Positions 54,074 through 64,000 of a stretch of DNA of 64,000 nucleotides are shown piece by piece. Origin of the DNA: Eledone cirrhosa (lineage: Eukaryota). The stretch lies in NCBI GenBank assembly GCA_964016885.1, contig OZ024745.1, positions 91,388,001-91,452,000 on the forward strand, in the 5' to 3' direction. The notes beneath the pieces are model-generated. The model made no database searches. It saw only the letters and a program-made list of their open reading frames with translations, and was not told the origin of the DNA. A program made the position numbers and the translations under genes. Numbering within the stretch: position 1 is the first letter of the stretch; each line of letters begins with the position of its first letter.

Positions 54074-56752
54074 ATGATTCTTTATTATCTTGAAGGTCTC
54101 GCCAGTGTTATAAGGGAAAGTAATAGGATTAAAGTAATAAGAGAAAGTAATAGGATTAAAAGGAGAAGGGAGACTAAGGACAAAGAAAATAACCAAGACG
54201 AACACACAGACACACAAAATAGGGTAGATAACAACAATGAGCCAGTGGAAAGAGACAGGAGTAATTATGAGAGACATAGAAACAACCATGAGGCTGTTGG
54301 TGGGAATAGAAATAGAAACAACACAACTAACAATAACAGTAGCACTAGTACACATAAAGGAGCAGCATGGAACTCTACTTTTTATAATCCCTCCGATAAA
54401 TCGTTCGACCTGCGACGAGTCCACGCCACGACTTTACCATTTAACATACGCACGCAATTGCCGTCGCAGGTCGATGAACAAACAGAAGCACAATTTAGTA
54501 TAGCTAGATCCGAACTTAGAAATATTATAGAACAGTATAGCAAGAAGCATAATAGAATGGAGGCCCAGCAACTGGGAGAAAAATCTGCAAATGGCTTGCG
54601 TAAGCTCATGCAGCGCTCGCGTAATGGAGAGATAGCATGCTTTCCAACAGACAAGTCTGGCAGAATGTCGGTTGACAGCCTGCCAAACTACATCCAGGCA
54701 ATGCAACCCCACATCACTAACACAAGAGAGGTAACACCACAGGAGCATGAGGATAGAGAAAAAGCCCTCAATGCCCATATGGTGATGTGGACGAATATAA
54801 TGCAGCCCAACAAAAGGACTGCCAACAACTTCCAGGCCTGGAACAATGACGTGCCGGCGTTGTATGGGCTTCGAAAAGACCATAAAACGGGCAGTGACCC
54901 TGTCGCGGAACCACCAACACGGCCAGTCTGTGGAGCTAACATTGCTAGTAACTACAGACTGTCCTACTTCCTCTCCCTGATCATACGCCCCATCATTGAA
55001 ATGTCCCCAGATGTATGTGACAGCACGGAGGACCTCCTCAGCAGAATCGGCGAGAGTAACCGATCTAGGGACCTAACAAACTGCATAATAGGTAGTATGG
55101 ATGTTGTGTCCCTGTATCCATCTATTGACGTGGACTTTGCTGTGGAGAAATGCGTAGAAATGATCAGTGAGAGCAATGTTGAGTTCCGTGGAATTGATAC
55201 CAGTGAGCTGGGACTCCTACTTAAACTTACCTATAGTAATAATTACCTAGACACATATGACCTTAGCAACCTGTGCCCTACAAGACCAGCAAGAGGCAGA
55301 CCACCTACCATTACCTCAATGGCCAAGAAAACCCACACAGATAGATGGAACGGGTGGACCAGAGCCATACGGACACCCGAAAACCACGATGAACTGAAGA
55401 AAATGATTGCACATGCGGTAGGGGCCAGCATAAAACTAACCCTTAAGGAACATATGTTCAAATTGAATGGAAAAACATATGTCCAAGAGGAAGGAGCAGC
55501 CATTGGTGTTAGCATTGCAGGCGACATAGCTAACTTATTCATGGTATGGTGGGATAGTAGACTTAAACTTAAACTTAAAGAACAATTAGAAGACCCCTTA
55601 ACCCTGATAATGTACTCCCGCTACGTTGATGATATAAACATCGTAGTTAAGACACCCCCACTAGAGAACAGTCAGGAACTAGAGAAAAACACAATGGAAA
55701 GCATCCAGCAAATAGCTAACTCCATCCACCAGAGCATTAGAGTTACTATAGACTACCCAAGTAAACACCCCAACCATCGATTACCTGTACTAGACACAGA
55801 GCTCTGGTTAGATACCATTAATAACAAAAAACAAATCCTCCATTCCCATTATGCCAAACCCATGACTTCCAAACATCTGATCCACCGAAACTCGACCATT
55901 TCGGACCATACCAAAATCAACATACTGATTGCGGATTTGGTACGGGTGATGAGAAACGTGTCCCGCATGTGCAACCCCAAAGAGCTAGAGAGACACATAC
56001 AACACTTCATCCACCGTATGCAGTTCTCTGGCTACAATCAGAGAGATAAAATCAGAGTGTATAGAGGAGCCAGAACCAAATGGGAAAAAATGGTAAATAA
56101 TGGCATAAATGGGACCTGCCCCTTGTATAGGAGCAAATTTTGGAATAGAATAGAAAGAATTAGGAACAAGGCTAATAGAATAAACTCATGGTATGATAGC
56201 AATAAATACCAGAGTGTAATGTTCATCGATACAACCCCCAGAGGTGAATTAGCTTACAAATTTAGAAGGGCCCTAGTTAAACATAAACTCAATATTAAGA
56301 TAGTAGAAAGATCAGGTACCTCCGTAAAAACACTTATTAGCAAGACATACCCGTTCCCAAAACCCTCATGTATAGATAAGAAATGTATAACCTGTAAAAT
56401 AAGCCCCCATATTAACTGTAAAACTAGAAATGTAGTGTATAGCATAAGATGTACTGAAGGACAATGTAGAGACAAAAATATAGTGTACAAAGGTGAGACA
56501 GCTCGTAGTGTAGGGGAACGGATAAATGAACACTGGCGAGACCTTCAAGATAGTAAAGAATCATCAGTACTCTACCAACATGCTAAAATAGAACACAAGG
56601 GTAAATTAGAGAACATAGAAATAAAAATAGAATCTACACACAGAAAAGACGCAATGTTTAGACAAATCACAGAGGCAATAAACATAAAAGAATTACAACC
56701 AAAATTAAATAGAAAATATGAGTGGAACAGCAACATTACAACTTACAATTAA
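54074..56752 (+). CDS. PLE polyprotein: reverse transcriptase + Cys-rich linker + GIY-YIG endonuclease (892 aa, uninterrupted)
   Basis: Contains PTDKSG, LRKDHK, TRPVC, GSMDVVSLYPSI, QEEGAAIG, SRYVDD, LPVLD, C-x4-CxxC and NVVYSIRC...YKGETARSVGERINEH...EAINI...PKLN. Confidence 0.92.
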   Translation: MILYYLEGLASVIRESNRIKVIRESNRIKRRRETKDKENNQDEHTDTQNRVDNNNEPVERDRSNYERHRNNHEAVGGNRNRNNTTNNNSSTSTHKGAAWNSTFYNPSDKSFDLRRVHATTLPFNIRTQLPSQVDEQTEAQFSIARSELRNIIEQYSKKHNRMEAQQLGEKSANGLRKLMQRSRNGEIACFPTDKSGRMSVDSLPNYIQAMQPHITNTREVTPQEHEDREKALNAHMVMWTNIMQPNKRTANNFQAWNNDVPALYGLRKDHKTGSDPVAEPPTRPVCGANIASNYRLSYFLSLIIRPIIEMSPDVCDSTEDLLSRIGESNRSRDLTNCIIGSMDVVSLYPSIDVDFAVEKCVEMISESNVEFRGIDTSELGLLLKLTYSNNYLDTYDLSNLCPTRPARGRPPTITSMAKKTHTDRWNGWTRAIRTPENHDELKKMIAHAVGASIKLTLKEHMFKLNGKTYVQEEGAAIGVSIAGDIANLFMVWWDSRLKLKLKEQLEDPLTLIMYSRYVDDINIVVKTPPLENSQELEKNTMESIQQIANSIHQSIRVTIDYPSKHPNHRLPVLDTELWLDTINNKKQILHSHYAKPMTSKHLIHRNSTISDHTKINILIADLVRVMRNVSRMCNPKELERHIQHFIHRMQFSGYNQRDKIRVYRGARTKWEKMVNNGINGTCPLYRSKFWNRIERIRNKANRINSWYDSNKYQSVMFIDTTPRGELAYKFRRALVKHKLNIKIVERSGTSVKTLISKTYPFPKPSCIDKKCITCKISPHINCKTRNVVYSIRCTEGQCRDKNIVYKGETARSVGERINEHWRDLQDSKESSVLYQHAKIEHKGKLENIEIKIESTHRKDAMFRQITEAINIKELQPKLNRKYEWNSNITTYN

Positions 56753-56953
56753 GGACAAAATGAAAACACACATACACATAGAACAAACAACCAACCAGTA
56801 ACATGTAAATTAACAAATAAATAAATGAACATAAACACACACAGACACCCGGATGTGGCGCATGCGCAGACTGAGCACACAACACACACACAGAAACAAA
56901 ATGGCGTAGGACAGAAGAAAGGAAAGGCACAAAAACAAAGAAAGGAATCCCCA

Positions 56954-56996
56954 GTCACTGAAGAGGTCACAGAGTGTGTGACGAAAGAACTATGAC
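56954..56996 (+). ncRNA. Minimal hammerhead ribozyme in the PLE 3' pLTR
   Basis: GTCA-CTGAAGA-G-GTCAC agagtgt GTGAC-GAAA-GAAC-TA-TGAC, with a CUA site. Confidence 0.78.
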
Positions 56997-57244
56997 AATA
57001 TATAAACAACTATCTGGTTGTGTAACCAACCAACCAACCAGAAATTTATAAATTTATTATAATAAATTGAAGTGAAAGCAACTGGTGCGTGTGTTTCTTA
57101 TTGGCAACATGACCCTCCCAAAGTATAACAATATCGGTTTCAACACACGATTTCAGATAAAGAATCTTGCTAAACAAATTCAGAAACGAAATATATATAT
57201 ATACCTATATATATATACGTATATACATATATATATATATATAC

Positions 57245-57311
<67 letters not shown>

Positions 57312-57368
57312 TATTTATATAGATAGATAGATATGTATATATAGATAGATAGATATGTATATATAGAT

Positions 57369-59398
57369 GTTTCTTTTATTTGCCACCAGGGCATCAAAAG
57401 TAGGACAAGTACAATGGGGGGAGTTTACAAAACAAGGCGTCCTCAATAAGGAGGAGGCAATAACAATATATAAAAATAAAATAAAATATAACAAAAAATA
57501 AAATTTATAACAAAGTCCTCAATAGAGAGGAGGCGCCTTGGGGGGTCGCACACACCCCCGAAAAAAGTGTGCAACCCTTTTCCTCGGGAGCACAGAGAAG
57601 GGGTGCTCCCTTGGTCTTTCATCTTCCTCACCTATAGTCTGATGTAGAGTGAAGGCCCATTCACACGGGCCATTCTCGCCACTTTCACCCATCTTTCATA
57701 AAAACGGCTGGGGTGCAGCACCTCTCTCTCCATCCTGATCCTTCTTCCGAAATGATATCGGAAGAAACGGACCAGTTGTTGGCCAGAGAGAAAGGTGTCT
57801 GACCTCAGTCCTTTCAGACGCGTCCACCATACAACCTCTTTCGCCATGGCTATTACGAACAGAAACACCGCCTCTTCTTCGTTTTTGAAGAGGGGAGGCG
57901 GCTTGATCGTTACAATAGACTCGGCGGTCAACCAGATCGGTCCCACCCTTGACAGCAGTTGTTCGACATAGCCCCACAGATCGGCAATGCCCGAACAGTG
58001 TACCAATGCGTGTGCAACGGTTTCCTCGTCGCACACGCATCTGGGACAGATCTTTTTCGAGGGGTCCCTACCCGGGCGCCCGTGTCTGTAGAGCCTTTCT
58101 CGAACGGGCAGAGCACTTCTGTAGCATTGCCAGGCCAGGGACCTCTGGAAGTTATCCATGGGTCCCGGGCTGAATGTCCTACCGAACAGGTTGGCCAGTT
58201 CGTCTTCCTCCATGCCTAGGGCTTCTCCGAGGGCGTCGTCGCACCTGCTAACCACCAGCCCTCTATAGAATGACGAGGTGGATTCTCCACTGACAGCCGG
58301 GTCCGCCTGCCAGAGAGCCGTGAGTGTCTGGGCACACTCGGTGTGCCAGGCGCCCAGTTTTCTCGGTCTTTGCTTGACCCAGGATTGCAGCTCGGTGAGT
58401 GAGACGAGTCTGGGAAAGGCTCGCCTCACAAACGGGGCCCACACCGGTTGACCGGAGAGGAATACCTGAAGGTGCCGTAGCCTTAATGCGTGTTTACGTA
58501 TCATTAGCCACGGCATCCCCAGCCCTTTCGAAGGGTGTTGACAGCAGATGGATCTCCTCACCATAGGAGCCCGCTTCTTCCAAAGGAATTGGAAGAGTGC
58601 GCGCTCCATTTTGGCGAGCGTTTCCCTTGGGCAAGGCACAACGGTCAGGCGGTAGTAGATGATGGACGCTATATAAGTGTTCGCCACCTCCGGCCGACCT
58701 TTCAGGGACAGTTTGCACTCGGCCCACTTCTGGGTCAGTGCAAACACCCTGTTCGTTACCTCACCCCAGTTTTTCTCCACCTGGAGGTCTGGTCCGAACC
58801 AGACCCCGAGCAACTTCACCGGGCCCTCCGTCCAGCGCCCGACGACGCCATCGGAGGGCATCGATCTGCCCCTCCACGTGCCGAGTTGCAGACCGATCGA
58901 CTTGCCCCGGTTCAGCTTAGCCCCTGTAAACCTTTCGTACTCCTCCAGTAAGGTGCCGATCGCCCCGATTTCCGAGGCCGTCGACACCATTACTGTTACG
59001 TCATCGGCGTAGGCTGACACCGCTTTCCGCAATCCCGGTTCCAACGGGATGCCCTGCAACAACTCCAACTTCCGCAGCAGTGGCTCTAGAGTCATTACAT
59101 ACAGAAGGGAGGAGAGAGGGGACCCTTGTCGGATGGACCGAGCGATTTCGAACGGCTCCGAGAGGTAGCCATTCACCTTGACCCTAGAGGAGATGCGGCT
59201 GCTGTGCATGGCATTGATCCAGCCCCTGAAAACGGGTCCGAAGCCTGCCGCCGCTAGCACCGCATCCAGGTAACCATGGTCGACCCTATCGAATGCCTTA
59301 GATTGATCCAATTTGATCAGGGCCCCACCAAAGCTGGGTTCTTTCCCAACCCTCTCTATGATGTATCGCATGAGGTGGAAGTTGTCGTGGATGGACCT
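57369..59398 (-). mobile_element. 5'-truncated L1/Tx1-clade LINE (RT + C-terminal zinc knuckle; open frame 59398-57632) in (GATA)n
   Basis: Contains [37 protein letters not shown] and CPRC...[16 protein letters not shown] lies just before the 3' junction. Confidence 0.9.
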
Positions 59399-59432
59399 AT
59401 AGATAGATAGATAGATAGATTGATATGTATAT

Positions 59433-59463
<31 letters not shown>

Positions 59464-59540
59464 TGTATATATATATAGATAGATAGATAGATATGTATAT
59501 ATAGATAGATAGATATGTATATATATATATAGATGGATAG

Positions 59541-59604
<64 letters not shown>

Positions 59605-59721
59605 ATGTATATATATATATATATATATATATGTACGTATATATATATATATGTATATATATTTATATATGTATGTATATATATATATATGTATATATAT
59701 ATGTGTATATATATATATATG

Positions 59722-59752
<31 letters not shown>

Positions 59753-60036
59753 GTATATATATATGTATATGTATATATATATATGTATATATATATATAT
59801 GTAGTTAGAGAAGCAAAAAATTGCTTATTGTGATCCAGTTTTTGGTTAAGAAAGCCAGTTTCATGGATGGTTTCAACGTACGGTTAGGGGTAACTCCACA
59901 AGGTGTAAGAATTTCGTTCAATCTTGGAGTATAAAGTATAAAAGAGAAAACACAGGTAAGCATTAAGAGAAGGATTTTATCCAAGTATTTACGACCTCTT
60001 AATGCCTACCTGTGTTTTCTCTTCTATATATATATG

Positions 60037-60111
<75 letters not shown>

Positions 60112-60180
60112 TTGTATATATATATATATGTATATGTATAAATATATATATGTATATATATATATGTATATATATATATG

Positions 60181-60230
<50 letters not shown>

Positions 60231-60355
60231 TATATATACGTATATATATATATATATATACGTATATATATATATACGTATATATATATATATATATATA
60301 TATACGTATATATATATATACGTATATATATATATACGTATATATATATATATAT

Positions 60356-61138
60356 ATTAAGACAGGGGGGTAGAAAAAATGGCTTCACTTGTGCTTTCAA
60401 CAAATTTATTTTCTTCACAAAATCCAAAAAGAATTTTTCTTAAAAAAAATTATTTTATAAATTAAGTTGTTGGTTGTTGGTTGTTGGTTAGGTCTTAGGA
60501 GTTCTTGGTTAACGTAGGCGGTATTGTTTCGTTTTTAGAACGACCTTTCACGCTGAGGTGCGCTTGTCAAACTGATGTGTATGTGGTGTGTTGTTCTATA
60601 TATAGGGATTTAACATGTCTGTGGTGTGGTGGGGGTTTCTTTTCTCCCCCTTTAATAAGTGCATGGGTGTAGGTGTGTTGAAAAAGTGTGCATAGCAGTA
60701 ATGAGTTGAGATGGTGAGTAGGGTTGTGTGGGGAGAAATGTAGCAAGTGCGGCCTGCCCCGGTCATTCTCGAAAAATTCCTTTATTCAGGGGAAAAAGCT
60801 TTTAGCATTGCTTTTGTGTTGAGAATGGTCACAGGCAAATCGCACCTGTCAAGTTTGTGAATAATTCTTTTTTTATTTTTTTCCTGAAGAATTTTTCTAC
60901 GTCCATCCCAAAGTTAGTCCTTTGTTCAACACACACATATGTGTGCATATACGTACATACACACACGGGCATATGTAGGAATATATAGGCACACACCATC
61001 AATCACACACCCATGTACAAATACATACACAAAAACATATAGAGACACATATAAAAACACACATACACATACGTACACACACGAATATGTACTCATATCT
61101 CCACATGGGTATATATATATACACACATATATACACAT

Positions 61139-61199
<61 letters not shown>

Positions 61200-61352
61200 C
61201 ATACATATACACATACACACACATACACACACACACACACATATATATATATACATATATACATACATATACATATACATACATACATATACACACATAA
61301 AGATACATAACTAAATATACATATATACACATACACGCACACATACACACAC

Positions 61353-61413
<61 letters not shown>

Positions 61414-61538
61414 CACACATACATACACATACATATACACATATGTACACATAAATACATACAGACACATACACACATATACACATACATATACACATAC
61501 ATACATATCCATATACATATATATACACATACATATAC

Positions 61539-61571
<33 letters not shown>

Positions 61572-61645
61572 CACATACATACACATACACATACACATAC
61601 ACATACAAGTACATACATACACACATACATACATACACATACATG

Positions 61646-61677
<32 letters not shown>

Positions 61678-61972
61678 CACATATATACATACATATATAT
61701 ATACATATATATACACATACACACACATACATACACACATACACACATACATATATATATGTGCGTATACACGAGTACATAAAGACACATATACACATAT
61801 ACATATATATACATATATATACACATACATCTACATACATACATACATATACACAAACAGAAACATACACATATGTACACACATATATACATATATGCAC
61901 ATACATACACACACACACATATATATAGGTACATACACATACATACACACACACATAAACATACATATCTAT

Positions 61973-62027
<55 letters not shown>

Positions 62028-62069
62028 TATATACAAACATACACATACATACATGTACATATACACATG

Positions 62070-62125
<56 letters not shown>

Positions 62126-62177
62126 CATATATATATACACACACACATACAAACATACACACATCCATACATATATG

Positions 62178-62218
<41 letters not shown>

Positions 62219-62632
62219 ACACCCACATACATATATACCCACACGTACATACATCCATACATCCCTACACACATATGTGTGTGTCTCACCGTTCATTCAG
62301 ATATTCATGTGTATACATAATAAGAGGGGGGGGGGGTAGTGAAATGGAATTTTACCTCCGAGTGTTAATTCATTTTTTCGTGTTCAGTAGTGGTTTAAAG
62401 TTTTCAATGAAGAATTCTTCTTTATATCTGCGGAAATGTTCGTTATCCGACCATATCTTGAAGAAAGGGAAGATTGTGAATTTTCCCTTCCCGCATGATG
62501 CAAAGTGTGCGCTACATGTGGTATTTCTGACTTTGGGGTCTTTAATCTGTTGTTTATGTACCCGGACTCTATCATGTAATCCCATCCGGTTTCCCCAATG
62601 TAATACTCTTTACACTGTGGACATGTTGCGCA

Positions 62633-62668
<36 letters not shown>

Positions 62669-62679
62669 ATGTGTATATG

Positions 62680-62746
<67 letters not shown>

Positions 62747-63533
62747 ATGTGTATATATGTGTGTATATATATATATATACCCATGTGGAGGTATGAGTTC
62801 ATATTCGTGTGTGTACGTATGTGTATGTGTGTTTTTATATGTGTCTCTATATGTTTTTGTGTATGTATTTGTACATGGGTGTGTGATTGATGGTGTGTGC
62901 CTATATATTCCTACACATGCCCGTGTGTGTATGTACGTATATGCACACATATGTGTGTGTTGAACAAAGGACTAACTTTGGGATGGACGTAGGAAAATTC
63001 TTCAGGAAAAAAATAAAAAAAGGATTATTCACAAACTTGACAGGTGCGATTTGCCTGTGACCATTCTCAACACAAAAGCAATGCTAAAAGCTTTTTCTCC
63101 TGAATAAAGGAATTTTTCGAGAATGACCGGGGCAGGCCGCACTTGCTACATTTCTCCCCACACAACCCTACTCACCATCTCAACTCATTACTGCTATGAA
63201 CACTTTTTCAACACACCTACACCCATGCACTTATTAAAGGGGGAGAAAAGAAACCCCCACCACACCACAGACATGTTAAATCCCTATATATAGAACAACA
63301 CACCACATACACATCAGTTTGACAAGCGCACCTCAGCTTGAAAGGTCTTTCTAAAAACGAAACAATACCGCCTACGTTAACCAAGAACTCCTAAGACCTA
63401 ACCAACAACCAACAACCAACAACTTAATTTATAAAATAATTTTTTTTAAGAAAAATTCTTTTTGGAGTTTGTGAAGAAAATAAATTTGTTGAAAGCACAA
63501 GTGAAGCCATTTTTTCTTCCCCCCTGTCTTAAT
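60356..63533 (-). mobile_element. 5'-truncated PLE with ~0.9-kb inverted arms (60356-~61250 / ~62633-63533) and a GIY-YIG fragment at 62370-62633
   Basis: [17 protein letters not shown][fs][13 protein letters not shown]...SAHF...[14 protein letters not shown]. The arms are reverse complements, including their microsatellite parts. Confidence 0.85.
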
Positions 63534-63966
63534 ATACCTAACTGTACCAAGGATTACACACATTTTCCAATATATATATATATATACGTATATAAATATA
63601 CGTATATATATATACGTATATATATATACGTATATATATATATATGTATATACGTATATATATATATACGTATATATATATGTACGTATATATATATATA
63701 TGCGTATATATATATATATATACGTATATATATACCTATGAATAAAGTTAGTCCTTCATCAGTGATCTTCCAACCTTCATTGGTATTTCATCGCTTTAAA
63801 GACCATATACCTCCGATTGGTGCGAGCAACGGCTAAAGAAAGTCGTTGGGACATGTAAATAAGGAGAACGAGCGAGACTGTAAACAAACAAAGATGGTAA
63901 TGCAACGAAAGGTGAGGAAGAATGAGTCAAGTCCCAGATTTCCATGAATATAAGTTCGGTGAAATC

Positions 63967-64000
<34 letters not shown>

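Larger units (their letters stand above)
53431..57191 (+). mobile_element. Penelope-like element with inverted pseudo-LTR (arms 53431-54109 / 56529-57191) in (TA)n
   Basis: The left arm is the reverse complement of the ORF end plus 3' UTR. Each arm carries an HHR. Confidence 0.93.

Noticed and set aside
53431-57191. Long inverted repeats as DNA-transposon TIRs or LTRs
   Set aside because: The left arm is an inverted copy of the ORF end and 3' UTR, which is the known PLE pseudo-LTR inversion. No transposase or integrase is present.
57632-59371. GC-rich ORF as bacterial contamination or horizontal transfer
   Set aside because: It has clear L1/Tx1 RT and zinc-knuckle motifs plus a polyadenylation signal.
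60535-60795. HHR candidates in the last PLE's arms (TTGACAA-GCGC..GCGT-GAAA at ~60541-60572; CTGAATA...GAGA at ~60758-60792)
   Set aside because: The first has no stem I pairing and the second has several core mismatches; both are too weak to call.

Overview
This is AT-rich, microsatellite-laden animal DNA; the SINE/RTE repertoire suggests an octopus-like coleoid cephalopod (inference). The only host gene is the 5' part of eukaryotic release factor 1 (eRF1/ETF1) on the minus strand: coding exons 16466-16369 and 2214-2039, separated by a 14,154-bp GT-AG intron. From ~17.7 kb on, the window is a nest of retroelements: RTE LINEs, CR1-like fragments, a Tx1/L1-like fragment, tRNA-derived SINEs and several Penelope-like elements (PLEs), one with an uninterrupted 892-aa RT+GIY-YIG ORF. 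The main unexplained signal is non-coding: about 20 type I hammerhead ribozyme (HHR) motifs, found by eye on both strands. They include canonical, U3-A8 and C4 core variants and greatly extended stem II or III forms. Many lie in short non-coding, (TA)n-flanked modules (0.2-1.5 kb). Several modules carry a direct or inverted terminal duplication starting just downstream of the predicted cleavage site. This points to a diverse family of non-autonomous, retrozyme-like PLE derivatives, with one near-canonical HHR in the sense strand of the eRF1 intron. All folds were paired by hand and none is tested for activity.
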